DNA of 34,349 nt from Candidatus Bipolaricaulia bacterium (lineage in GTDB: Bacteria > Bipolaricaulota > Bipolaricaulia > JBHIAT01): NCBI GenBank assembly GCA_046758705.1, contig JBHIAT010000016.1, positions 1 to 34,349 of the forward strand, read 5' to 3'. The translations under genes and the position numbers were made by a program. The notes under the pieces were generated by a model that had not been told where the DNA came from, made no database searches, and saw only the letters and a program-made list of their open reading frames with translations. Shown in pieces: positions 18,058-27,395 of the stretch; positions within the stretch are counted from its first letter, which is position 1; every line of letters starts with the position of its first letter.

Positions 18058-20379
18058 CTAGTGGACTTCCGACCGACGATCGCTCTCCTCCAGCTCTAAC
18101 GGATGCTCCTCCTCCATCCGTTCCAACGAGACCGTCCCGCTGATCCAAACCATGTCCATCGGGTAGACGTCGGGGTTGAAGATGACCCAGTAGAAGTGCC
18201 AGATCAGGATGGCCAACACGGCGAGGATCGCCTCGTAGAAGTGAGTGAGGATGAACAGGTCGATCCACCACTCGGGAAGGAACCTGAGCGTGATGTTCTC
18301 CAGCCAAAGGCTGAACCCGGTCAGTCCCATGACCATCGTTCCCCAGATCAGCGCCCAGTACTCGATCTTCTCGATGTAGCTGAACCGGTGGAATCTCGGG
18401 CGTTCGCTCAGCAGCCCCAGGTTGTAGCCGACGAGTTGGACGGCATCTCGAAGGTCTTGCATGCGGGGAAGCAGCGCCCTGAGCTGCTCCCTGCCTCGTT
18501 GGGTGAAGATGATGAGCAGGAGTTGGACGACGATGCTCGCCAGCAAGATCACAGCGGCGACCCTATGGATGAACCCCCTGACGGGATCCCCCCCCAGGCT
18601 CATCACCGGCGCGACCCACAGAGAGTCGGGATAGCGCCGGGCAAAGCCCGTATAGGCGAGGACGATAAACGAGACCAACATCGCCACGTGGAGAAACCGC
18701 TCCAGCCGGTTGAATCTGAGATAGAAAGCCTCAGACTCAGAGGGAGGGGACGCATGGGCGTGGGGGTGGGGGTGGGGATGGGGATGTACGTGTAGGGTTC
18801 CGCCCCGCTCCCCCATCTTCCTGAAGAAATCCACGACATTGTGGAGGAACATCCCCCCGACGGTGAAGCCGATCAACCCGATGTAGATGCGCCGGACCAG
18901 CCCGATGATCTGTCCCCCGGTTCCCGGTTCGTCTGTGTGGATCTTACCGACCAAAACGGTCTGCTCCCCAACACCGGGATGACACTGGCCACAGGTCTGC
19001 GGAAGGTTGTTGGGGTTCACCCAGGAAGCGGAGTCCGAAGACGGAAGGATCTTGTGTGCGCCGTGGCAGCTGGAGCAGTTGGCAACGGTCAGGTTACCAC
19101 CCCTCAGCGCGAGGCCGTGGTAGCTGGAGAGATAGGTCTCAAGCCGCATCGCCGGGATGCCATATCTTTCAGTAATTCTCACATTCCTGTGGCAGTCGGC
19201 ACAGGTGATAGGAATGTTGCGCGGGTAAACCGGGGAACCTGGGTCTTCAGGGGACAATATCGCATGCTCCAGATGGCAGTCGTTGCAGACCGGAGCCTCT
19301 CGGACCCCTGTTACATAACCCTTCCAGTGGATACTCTGGACGTAGTTCTCATAAACGGGCTCATGGCACTGGGAGCAGGTCTTCGGTATGTTTCCCTTGT
19401 GGATCGAGGACTTGAGCTCGGTCAGCGGTCTGATCTCGTGGCTTCCATGGCAATTGGTACAGGTGGCCACGTCGATGTTCCCCTGAGCGAGCGCTTGAGC
19501 ATGGACGCTTTTTTCATACAGTTCGTAGGGGTTTTCGATAGGGATCCCGTACTTCTGAGCCAGTTCAGGATCCGAATGGCACCTGCCACAGGTCGAGGGA
19601 AGGTTCTGGGGATAGATGAGAGAGCCCATCTCCCGCCCCGGAAGGATATTGTGCGTTCCATGACAATCCCAGCAGTGGGCGGCCTCCTCGATCCCTTCCC
19701 CGATGGCCTCCGCGTGGATACTTTCTTGGTAAAGTGCCTCAGCGCTCCGATGGCACAGGCCGCATCGGACCGATTCGAGTGTTGTGGCGTGGGGCAACCT
19801 GCCGATGCCTCGGTGACAATCGATACACTCCAGGTCTTTGTGGATGGATGCTTGATACATCTCGACGTCCACAAACGGAAACGGCCCACCCTGGATCCCG
19901 TGACATCTCTGACAGGTGTTGCGGTCGAACTGGGTCTCTACGTGATAGGTCTCCGAAGCGGCCACGTCCATATGGCAGGTGGAACAGAACCTCTCTATGT
20001 TCTGGGGATGGAGGGGGGACTCCGGGCTCGATCGGGGGTAGATCTCGTGCTCCCCATGACAGAGTGTACAGTCTGGAGCCTGCGTGTTTCCCCGCTCCCG
20101 CGCTCGGGCGTGAACGTCCAATTCGAAGCGCTGGGTCATATCCTGGTGACACAGCCCACAATCGATGCGCTTGGCGGGTACAGGATGGGGAAGCGCTTTG
20201 ATATCCTGGTGACAGTCGGTGCATCGGGTGCCCTCGTGAACGGTCGCGTTGAGATCCACATTCTGGTGGCAGATCATGCATGGCTCGTTGGGAAGCCCCT
20301 CGGGAATGCCCGGAACCTTCCAGACGAGCAGCAACCCGAGGAAAACTCTCAAGAAGATTCTTGTCTGCGAATCGCTCAT
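18058..20379 (-). CDS. CbcL-like fusion: 16-heme cytochrome c plus FdnI/HyaC-type cytochrome b membrane domain
   Basis: 16 CxxCH, then TM helices with ERFLH, FIHRVAA, RFSYIEKIEYWALIWG, THFYEAILA..AILIWHFY. Confidence 0.9.
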   Translation of the reverse strand: MSDSQTRIFLRVFLGLLLVWKVPGIPEGLPNEPCMICHQNVDLNATVHEGTRCTDCHQDIKALPHPVPAKRIDCGLCHQDMTQRFELDVHARARERGNTQAPDCTLCHGEHEIYPRSSPESPLHPQNIERFCSTCHMDVAASETYHVETQFDRNTCQRCHGIQGGPFPFVDVEMYQASIHKDLECIDCHRGIGRLPHATTLESVRCGLCHRSAEALYQESIHAEAIGEGIEEAAHCWDCHGTHNILPGREMGSLIYPQNLPSTCGRCHSDPELAQKYGIPIENPYELYEKSVHAQALAQGNIDVATCTNCHGSHEIRPLTELKSSIHKGNIPKTCSQCHEPVYENYVQSIHWKGYVTGVREAPVCNDCHLEHAILSPEDPGSPVYPRNIPITCADCHRNVRITERYGIPAMRLETYLSSYHGLALRGGNLTVANCSSCHGAHKILPSSDSASWVNPNNLPQTCGQCHPGVGEQTVLVGKIHTDEPGTGGQIIGLVRRIYIGLIGFTVGGMFLHNVVDFFRKMGERGGTLHVHPHPHPHPHAHASPPSESEAFYLRFNRLERFLHVAMLVSFIVLAYTGFARRYPDSLWVAPVMSLGGDPVRGFIHRVAAVILLASIVVQLLLIIFTQRGREQLRALLPRMQDLRDAVQLVGYNLGLLSERPRFHRFSYIEKIEYWALIWGTMVMGLTGFSLWLENITLRFLPEWWIDLFILTHFYEAILAVLAILIWHFYWVIFNPDVYPMDMVWISGTVSLERMEEEHPLELEESDRRSEVH

Positions 20380-20394
20380 CTTTCGCCTGGCTTC

Positions 20395-20456
20395 AGTGTA
20401 AATGATCCCGGATCAATTGCTATGATCCGGGTCACCGACCGGTATGATCCTCGATG
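20395..20456 (-). promoter_or_regulatory. Crp/Fnr-type internal promoter
   Basis: TGATccggGTCA 20423-20434; half site at 20445; TACACT on the minus strand (20400-20395), 22 nt from the box. Confidence 0.6.
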
Positions 20457-20468
20457 AGAAGCGATGGA

Positions 20469-22268
20469 CTAGAAGCGCGTGTGGCACTTCATACAGTTGG
20501 TCCCCTGGGGGGGCAGGTCGTTGGCGTGACAGGTGCTGCAGACTTCATGGCCAAGCTCCGGGACGGCCGTCTCCGATCGGGCGAACTCGAGGTGATCGAG
20601 GGTGTTCACATTCTGATGACACAGCTGGCACGGCAGACCGAACCCGATATGTCTCTCATGGGGGAAGGTGACGATCTCCGACACCGTTCCGATATCGGCC
20701 TCATGGCATGACAGGCAATCGGTCGGTGAGGCGGCACGCATCGCCTGCGCCCCGGGGTGACAGCGCTCACAGCTCTCCAGCGTCAGAGTCCCATGCTGAT
20801 CCAAATCCCCATGACAGATGGTGCATCGGATCCCGGCTTCCACAGCGTGGGGGCGGTGTTCAAACGTTCTTCCGAACGTCTCAGCCGCGATGTACTCGAT
20901 GCCATAGTGGCATTGGTTGCAGCTGATCTCGTAAGGGACCTGGAGCCAGGATTCCTCCAGGGTTTCCTCCACGCTGGCCTGCGTTAACGCGGCGTTCAGA
21001 GCCTCATGAGCCCTCTCCAACAGTGCCAGCGCGTAATCTGGGTTGTGGATGCCCCGTCCACGTTCCACCAGGTCGATATTCTTCCACGCCTCCTGCAAAA
21101 GCCCCTCGACCTCCCCCCCGATCCCGTCCAGTTTGCCCTTGACATGTACAAACTCCTCCTCTACGCCCCTCAGCCGGTTGTCCACCGATGCCTTCCAGCT
21201 CTTATAGATGGCGAAGTACCCGGTGTCGTGACAGTTCATACAGCTTACCTCATTGGCGACTCGGTGGGCCGCTTCGGGGAGGATATGACAACCCTCACAG
21301 CTGACACCGGCCAGATACATGGGACTGGGCTGGGGATTCACCCCCTTGCCTCCGATCCCGAGGTAAAGATCGCGGGTGGGGGAATGACCCAGCGAATGGC
21401 AGGTTTCACAGCTGGTTGCGATAATCTCCAGTTTCTCCGGGACCTGATGAGATATCTCCTGATGACAGTTCAGACACTCCACCTTATGCTCGGTGACATG
21501 GGTTGTATGCAGAAACTCGGTCTCGCCGTATCTCCGCAGTCTGGCCGGTTCGTTATGACAGGTATAACACCGATCGGTGGGGACGTCCCCCTCCCCTGTG
21601 ACCACCCCTTTATGGCAGAAGGTGCAGTCCATTCCGAACTGTCTCACGTCGTCATGGTCGAAGGCCAAGCCAGCGGTGGTGATGATCTGGCTGGGAACCT
21701 CATGGCACAGGGTGCAGCGGGCCGTCCCCTGGTTCAACGCCACCCCCTTGAAGTGGCACAGGGAACAGGTGCTGGTAGTGACGGTAATGTGCTGCCCCTG
21801 GACGATCTGCGAGTGGCAGCTGGTGCACCGGAGTTGCTTGCCCCGCCGGAGTTCGGTCAAGTGGGGACGGTGATCGAACAGGATCCCCTCAAAGACCTCC
21901 TTCCCCACGAGCAGGCGTTTTTCATGGCAACCAGCCCTGAGGCAGCTTTCATCAGATACCTCCGCCCAGGGGTTGGTGCCATAGGTCCCGGTCAGGTAGC
22001 TGACGACCATGGCGGAGGCCTCATACTTCTTTCTGAACGTGGAGACGATGCCCGGCGGGATATGGCACTCGACGCAGGCGACCTCGTTATGGCTGGAGGT
22101 TTTCCAGGACCGATAGTAGGGCTTCATAAAGTGACAGGTGTTGCAGAAGCCGGGGAGAGATGAGATCTCCATGCCGACGAACGCAAACGCAATCCCCAAC
22201 GGCACCAAGATGATGAGCACCATCCCGATCCGCTTCCCCCGCCGTCCCCTGATCCTGATCCGCCTCAT
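20469..22268 (-). CDS. Membrane-anchored multiheme cytochrome c with NapC/NrfH-like N-terminus (18 CxxCH + 1 Cx4CH)
   Basis: Basic N-terminus and TM, FCNTCHFM...SW..SSH..V.CVECH, CLRAGCH, further CxxCH motifs up to CMKCH. Confidence 0.9.
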   Translation of the reverse strand: MRRIRIRGRRGKRIGMVLIILVPLGIAFAFVGMEISSLPGFCNTCHFMKPYYRSWKTSSHNEVACVECHIPPGIVSTFRKKYEASAMVVSYLTGTYGTNPWAEVSDESCLRAGCHEKRLLVGKEVFEGILFDHRPHLTELRRGKQLRCTSCHSQIVQGQHITVTTSTCSLCHFKGVALNQGTARCTLCHEVPSQIITTAGLAFDHDDVRQFGMDCTFCHKGVVTGEGDVPTDRCYTCHNEPARLRRYGETEFLHTTHVTEHKVECLNCHQEISHQVPEKLEIIATSCETCHSLGHSPTRDLYLGIGGKGVNPQPSPMYLAGVSCEGCHILPEAAHRVANEVSCMNCHDTGYFAIYKSWKASVDNRLRGVEEEFVHVKGKLDGIGGEVEGLLQEAWKNIDLVERGRGIHNPDYALALLERAHEALNAALTQASVEETLEESWLQVPYEISCNQCHYGIEYIAAETFGRTFEHRPHAVEAGIRCTICHGDLDQHGTLTLESCERCHPGAQAMRAASPTDCLSCHEADIGTVSEIVTFPHERHIGFGLPCQLCHQNVNTLDHLEFARSETAVPELGHEVCSTCHANDLPPQGTNCMKCHTRF

Positions 22269-22278
22269 CGGCTCAGCT

Positions 22279-23478
22279 TCACCTCCGCCGCGGACCCCTT
22301 CGGTAGAGATAGATCACCAGGACGATGGACAGGACATAGACCCAGAAGATGGACAGTCCCACCAACCGGAACCGGGTGGCACCCTGCAGGCCGTGAATCT
22401 CCCCCCAAACCTGCTCGCCGATCGACCTCGCCTGCCGGGTCAGCTCTTCCACCCGGGCTTCATCCAGAGAATGCTGCATCGGGAGGGCCTGGGTGAGGGC
22501 CGTGTTCGCCTGGTAGAGTCTCGACCGGTAGGTGGAGGTGTCAAAGCCGAGCCGCTCCACCTCGGCGCGCTCCGCCTCCGCCCGATCCACCGCCGCCTCG
22601 GCCTCGACGAGCAGGGTCTTCAATCGCTGCCCCGCCGCGAACGCATCAGAGCCTCTGGCATGGCACCCGATGCACGCCGTTTCGAACAGCTCGTGGTTGA
22701 CCTCCCTTATTGCATGGTCGCCGTGGCAGCTGACACATTCGGGGATCGTCTCCTGATCCATTGCCTGCTTGTGGGGACCTTCACGAAGCTGCTGTCGTGT
22801 CCGCAGATGGCATTGATCGCACACCTCTGAGATCCCCTTGACATCCGGGAGGCCCGTCCCGTGGACACCATGACAGGTCGCACAGTTGGGCGCTTTGCGA
22901 TTCTCCTCCTTCAGGAGGGCGACCCCGTGGACGCTCTCCGTAAACTGCTCGAATGGGTCGCTGGAGATCCCGTGATACGCCATGAGGGTGGTATCCGCGT
23001 GGCACCGGGCACAGGTCTCGGGCACGTTCTCCGGATAGACACTGCTCCTCGGCTCCTCGGGGGACAAGATACGATGCGCCGTATGGCAATCTGTACAGAC
23101 CGCTACGTCGGTATCCCCGGCTGCAAGGCGAATCCCATGCTGAGAGGTTCGGTACTGTGCATATTGATCGGTGGGGATGTCATAGGATCTCATCGCCACC
23201 GGATCGGCGTGGCACGAGGCACACAGCTCAGGGATCCCCGATCGCTTCGGTCTTCCCTTGAATCCGGTCTCTGGGGCCATCGCCTCCATGCCTGTCACCG
23301 TCCCATCTCCCCCGTGACAGTCGACACAGGTGATGGCGAGGTTGGTGTGCACGCTCTCGCGGTACTCCACCCGGATCCGGCTGTGGCAGACACTGCAGGA
23401 GGTCCCTTCCTCGCCAACCGCCCCGAATGCTGATCCGATCACGATGGCGATCGCGATCCACAACACGGCTTTGATCAA
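22279..23478 (-). CDS. 9-heme cytochrome c with signal peptide and C-terminal membrane anchor
   Basis: 9 CxxCH, C-terminal TM followed by RRGPRRR. TTG start with GGAGGAGG RBS, coupled to the upstream gene. Confidence 0.9.
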   Translation of the reverse strand: MIKAVLWIAIAIVIGSAFGAVGEEGTSCSVCHSRIRVEYRESVHTNLAITCVDCHGGDGTVTGMEAMAPETGFKGRPKRSGIPELCASCHADPVAMRSYDIPTDQYAQYRTSQHGIRLAAGDTDVAVCTDCHTAHRILSPEEPRSSVYPENVPETCARCHADTTLMAYHGISSDPFEQFTESVHGVALLKEENRKAPNCATCHGVHGTGLPDVKGISEVCDQCHLRTRQQLREGPHKQAMDQETIPECVSCHGDHAIREVNHELFETACIGCHARGSDAFAAGQRLKTLLVEAEAAVDRAEAERAEVERLGFDTSTYRSRLYQANTALTQALPMQHSLDEARVEELTRQARSIGEQVWGEIHGLQGATRFRLVGLSIFWVYVLSIVLVIYLYRRGPRRR

Positions 23479-23888
23479 CGGCCTCCTCCTTCAAAGTAGC
23501 CCAGGATGGAGAAGAGCACCATCAAACTCACCGCCACCAACCCCAAAGTGATCGCTACGGGTCTCTTCTTAGGATGCCTCTCTGGATTTCGATCCAAGAA
23601 AGGCCACAGGAACAACAGCACGATGGCCAATATCCCCACGACAATCCCCAGGCCGTGGGGGAGATACACGAACAGTTGATGGACGGCGAGCAGATACCAC
23701 GGGGGGGTGGCGTCTTCGAAGCGGTGCAGCGGGTCGGCCTGATCCTGGAGGGAAGGAGAGAGGAGCACGGCCAACGAGACCAGGATCCCCAAGGCAAGGA
23801 GCAGGGCGATCGACAGATCGAGAATGAGATCCAGGAACCGTATATGGCCCTCGTTGCGACTCTGACCCTTACCCTTACCCTCGTCCAT
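23475..23888 (-). CDS. Cytochrome b C-terminal part (subunit IV, PetD/QcrC-like)
   Basis: ADP......TPPWYLL (PEWY-equivalent), LWPFLDR.PERHP.KRP. Confidence 0.88.
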   Translation of the reverse strand: MDEGKGKGQSRNEGHIRFLDLILDLSIALLLALGILVSLAVLLSPSLQDQADPLHRFEDATPPWYLLAVHQLFVYLPHGLGIVVGILAIVLLFLWPFLDRNPERHPKKRPVAITLGLVAVSLMVLFSILGYFEGGGR

Positions 23889-23901
23889 CGTCCCTCACAT
23901 C

Positions 23902-24540
23902 CTACTCCAGCGGCTCGCTGATCCCCAGCCGGCGGATCAGCAGCACATGGAGGAACAGGAACAGGATCATGATCCAAGGCAGGATGCCGACATGGAAGAC
24001 GTAGAACCGCAGCAGGGTCGCCTCGGTCACCTCGGTCCCGCCCCACAGGAGACGGAGGAAGAACCCTCCCAGGACCGGCAGATCGCCGATGATCCTCCTG
24101 AACGAGTCGATGACCCAGAACGCCCGTTGATCCCAAACGAGCAGATATCCCGTGAACGCGAAGATCCAAGTCCCCAGCAACAGAAACACTCCGACGACCC
24201 AGTTCAGCTCTCTGGGGGGTTTATAGGACCCGTAGAAGTAGACGCGCAGCAGGTGCAACAGCAGGGTCAGCATCATCAGGTCAGCCCCCCACTTATGAAC
24301 TCCCCGGATCAGCCAGCCCAGTCTGGCATCGGACATGATGAACCGCACGCTCTGATACGCCTCTTCGGTGGACGGGTGGTAATAGATCATCAACAGGACC
24401 CCGGTGACCACCTGGACCAGGAACAGGAGCAGGGTGATGCCACCGAGATAATAAAGGTAGTTGACGTGGGGGGGGATGATCCAGTTGATCTCGTCATCGA
24501 GGATCTCCCTCAGCCTGTCGACGACCCTTCCTTTTATCAT
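23902..24540 (-). CDS. Cytochrome b6-like subunit (PetB/QcrB-like)
   Basis: LGGIT..LF.VQVVTG, GWLIRGVHKWGA..M...LLHLLRVY, KPPRELNW, RFYVFH...LH. Confidence 0.93.
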   Translation of the reverse strand: MIKGRVVDRLREILDDEINWIIPPHVNYLYYLGGITLLLFLVQVVTGVLLMIYYHPSTEEAYQSVRFIMSDARLGWLIRGVHKWGADLMMLTLLLHLLRVYFYGSYKPPRELNWVVGVFLLLGTWIFAFTGYLLVWDQRAFWVIDSFRRIIGDLPVLGGFFLRLLWGGTEVTEATLLRFYVFHVGILPWIMILFLFLHVLLIRRLGISEPLE

Positions 24541-24551
24541 ATCTTAATATC

Positions 24552-25001
24552 TTAGAGCTTAGAGATGTAGAGATCACCGTTGACGATCTCGACCCGGAGA
24601 CGAGACAACGGTCGTGGTGGCGGTCCTGCGAGAACGTTGCCGTTCGTGTCGAAGAGCCCCGCATGACAGGGGCAGGAGAGCACTCCCCGAGTCTTGTCCC
24701 AGTCCACAATGCAACCTCTGTGAGTGCAGATCGCCGAGAGTGCGACAAACCCCCGTTTAAGGTGGAGCACCCAGACCGGCTCCCCGGCGAACAGGATCAG
24801 CTTGCCTCCGCCGATCGGGATCTCCGAACGTCCCCCCAGCTTCAGGGTCTTCTCGGCGATAACCCCCTCCCTCCCCTTCGACGGGAAGATGTAGGCAAAT
24901 ACGGTGCTGAATATCCCCAGGAGCCCGAGCACGACACCACCTCTGAGCAACCCTCTGAGGAACGACCTTCTCTCCGCCCGTCTCTGATCCTTACCCGCCA
25001 T
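24552..25001 (-). CDS. Rieske [2Fe-2S] subunit of a Rieske/cytochrome b complex
   Basis: Tat-like RRSFLRG plus TM; CTHRGC and CPCHAGLF; GPPPRPL. Confidence 0.93.
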   Translation of the reverse strand: MAGKDQRRAERRSFLRGLLRGGVVLGLLGIFSTVFAYIFPSKGREGVIAEKTLKLGGRSEIPIGGGKLILFAGEPVWVLHLKRGFVALSAICTHRGCIVDWDKTRGVLSCPCHAGLFDTNGNVLAGPPPRPLSRLRVEIVNGDLYISKL

Positions 25002-25026
25002 TCTAATCTCCCCTCAGTGCATCATC

Positions 25027-25220
25027 ATTGTAGTTGCCTCAGGGTCGGTAGGCCATGATCTTCATCAGCCGAAGAGACGGCTTTCGTCATTAAAAAGGAG
25101 TTTAACGAATCTATGACAAAGATCAGTCGAGAAATTGGCTATAGATCATTCTATGAGGTGACAATACTCATTGAATTTAACGATTGTGAAATTGACTTCC
25201 ACGAGAGAATCTTGCATGAT
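25027..25220. promoter_or_regulatory. Divergent control region with multiple Crp/Fnr-type boxes
   Basis: TGATcttcATCA 25056-25067 lies 23 nt from minus-strand TACAAT (25032-25027). Further boxes at 25114-25125 and 25159-25170. Plus-strand TTGACT-17-CATGAT at 25192-25220. Confidence 0.68.
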
Positions 25221-25240
25221 GGGACAGGGGTAAAGCATCT

Positions 25241-26605
25241 GTGGATGACCAAACCATGGAGGCGCTCCAGGCCGCCAAAAAAATCTACCAGGATAATAAG
25301 GCGATGACCCTGGTCTCCCGGTCTAACGGCGAGACCTGGGCAGGTAAGGTCTATTTCGCCGAGGACGACGGCTACATCTGGGTCGCTTTGGAACAGAGCC
25401 GGAATTACCGCAATATTGAAGAGAACCCCCGGGTCTTTTTCGTCATCGAACACGGGGTCCCCGACCGATTTATCCAGGGCGAGGGCGTCGCCGAGATGAT
25501 CGGCCCGATCGAGGACCGACCCGAACGGCATATGATCTTCCGCAAGGTCTTCGAACTGGTCCCTTTTGCCAAGGCGTTTCCCGGAGTGACCCTCATCCGG
25601 ATTCGCCCGATCCGGTTGTTTATCTCGGACTTTACGGGTGACTGGAAGCCCCGGGCCGAGGTCGAGGTTACCGACGATGTCCTCCAGGTGTTTCAGACGA
25701 CCCTGAAGACCCAATGGCCGGCGTGGCGGGTCTATCTCCAGGCAACCCGGTACTTTGCGTTTACGGTGACCTTGTTTTCCGTCCTGATAGGGGCTCTTCT
25801 CGCACCGTCACTGGACTGGGGACTCCTGGGGCTGACGCTGCTGGGCGCGTTGTTGTTGCACGCGGGGATCAATATCGTCAGCGATTATTTTGACTACCGA
25901 CGGGGCGCCGACACGTGGCAGGCTCTGGGTTCGAGCCGCGTCCTGGTCGACGGCCTCATGACACCGTCGACCCACATCCGGTTCGGGTTAACCCTCCTGT
26001 GGTTCGGCAGCCTCATCGGACTGACCCTGATCTACCTGCGCGGCCTGCCTGTCCTGTATCTGGGTCTGGCAGGCATATTCATCGGCCTGTTTTATACGGC
26101 CCCGCCCCTGGGATTCAAGTACTTCGCCCTGGGCGATCTGTCGGTATTCCTGGCCTTTGGTCCCCTGCTGCTACTGGGTTCGTACTACGTTCAGGCAGAG
26201 GCGTTCGCGGTCGTCCCGCTGGCCGTTTCGATTCCGCTGGGACTCCTGACGGCCGCCGTGCTGCATGGCAACAACTTCCGGGATATCGCCGAAGACAGCA
26301 AGGCGGGATATCGAACCCTGGCGGCGTTCCTGGGACCTCGAGGGTCAGGTTATTACTATCTGAGCTTGGTGGCGCTGGCCTATGTGCTGGTCCTGGTTTA
26401 TATCGGGCTGGACTGGCTGCCGTGGACCGCCGCCTTGGTCCTGATGACATTGCCTTCGGCCTGGCGGAACGTCCGAGTCGCCTTTCGGCCTGCCCGTGTG
26501 GCGTTCACGTTCCTGGACTTGATGACCGCCCAGCTCCATCTCTACTTCGGCCTGTTTCTCACCCTTGGCTACAGCCTCGACCGCTTTACGGGGTTGTCAC
26601 TGTAG
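25241..26605 (+). CDS. Fusion of a PNPOx-like split-barrel domain with MenA-type DHNA prenyltransferase (UbiA family)
   Basis: N-terminal ~155 aa: MTLVS..NGETWAGKVYFA, RNIEENPRV, IQGEGVAE. C-terminal part: ATR, HAGINIVSDYFDY..G.D, YTAPPLGFKY.ALGD, HGNNFRD..ED.KAG.RTLA. Confidence 0.85.
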   Translation: MDDQTMEALQAAKKIYQDNKAMTLVSRSNGETWAGKVYFAEDDGYIWVALEQSRNYRNIEENPRVFFVIEHGVPDRFIQGEGVAEMIGPIEDRPERHMIFRKVFELVPFAKAFPGVTLIRIRPIRLFISDFTGDWKPRAEVEVTDDVLQVFQTTLKTQWPAWRVYLQATRYFAFTVTLFSVLIGALLAPSLDWGLLGLTLLGALLLHAGINIVSDYFDYRRGADTWQALGSSRVLVDGLMTPSTHIRFGLTLLWFGSLIGLTLIYLRGLPVLYLGLAGIFIGLFYTAPPLGFKYFALGDLSVFLAFGPLLLLGSYYVQAEAFAVVPLAVSIPLGLLTAAVLHGNNFRDIAEDSKAGYRTLAAFLGPRGSGYYYLSLVALAYVLVLVYIGLDWLPWTAALVLMTLPSAWRNVRVAFRPARVAFTFLDLMTAQLHLYFGLFLTLGYSLDRFTGLSL

Positions 26606-26732
26606 GGTTTGGACCGGGTGATCGACTTTGATCTCGGGAGCCTGTTCCGTTGTAAAGACGGGCAAGAGTTTGACCGCGAGTGATGACACTGGCTTTGAGA
26701 AAATCTCTCCGCGTCATCTTGACCTTCATGGC

Positions 26733-27089
26733 TTACCCCTCCCCGACCAGCAAGGGATGAACGGTCAGAGCATAACGCTCTCCGTTGATGAGGATGTCTT
26801 CTTTCCCAATATGGTCGAATGGGAGGACAAATCTAACGGTTCGTGAACTCCCTGGAGGGACCTCCACTTTTTCGCGCCTCAACACCTGGTGTTCCTGTCC
26901 AATCTTCAAACTCAAAACCCTTTTGCAAGGAAGGATCCTGCGGGGGTTTGAGATATTGACTGAGATAGGAACGGCATCACCTCGACAAACTTCATTCGGC
27001 ATATCCACCTTGACCTCCACCTTGCGATAGCAATCCATCAACATGACGGCTATGATCCAAATTCCCAAAGCGACAAACATCAAGGTCAT
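26733..27089 (-). CDS. Hypothetical membrane-anchored protein with an Ig-like (CARDB-like) beta domain
   Basis: RBS GGGAGGG, N-terminal TM, then V..GD.V.ISVNISN and V.VPPGSSRTVRF. Confidence 0.6.
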   Translation of the reverse strand: MTLMFVALGIWIIAVMLMDCYRKVEVKVDMPNEVCRGDAVPISVNISNPRRILPCKRVLSLKIGQEHQVLRREKVEVPPGSSRTVRFVLPFDHIGKEDILINGERYALTVHPLLVGEG

Positions 27090-27395
27090 GATCTATCCCT
27101 CCCTATCACATCCTGTCTGACGGAACTCCATGGCAATGTTATTCATTCTGACATTATTATAGAGTCAATACCGATTAAAAGACCATGATTTACGACCTTT
27201 TCCGATATGAATGTGACTTAAATTTATAATGATTTTAATTAATTGCAAATATATTCATAAATAGTCAATTTTATCTCTCTAGGCATATGACTGTATGATC
27301 ATCCTGCCCCGATTATCAGAGAGAATTCAGCAGATTTTATGATGAAAAAGTGCAAATTTGATAGCAAATACCCAATAATACAAAGGGTCATTCAG

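Noticed and set aside
17933-18307. N-terminal extension of the pentaheme ORF in the track
   Set aside because: Overlaps the CbcL-like gene and a predicted promoter; RBS and signal peptide support ATG 17932.
18841-22163. Long plus-strand ORFs (538 aa, 385 aa)
   Set aside because: Antisense to clear multiheme cytochrome genes.
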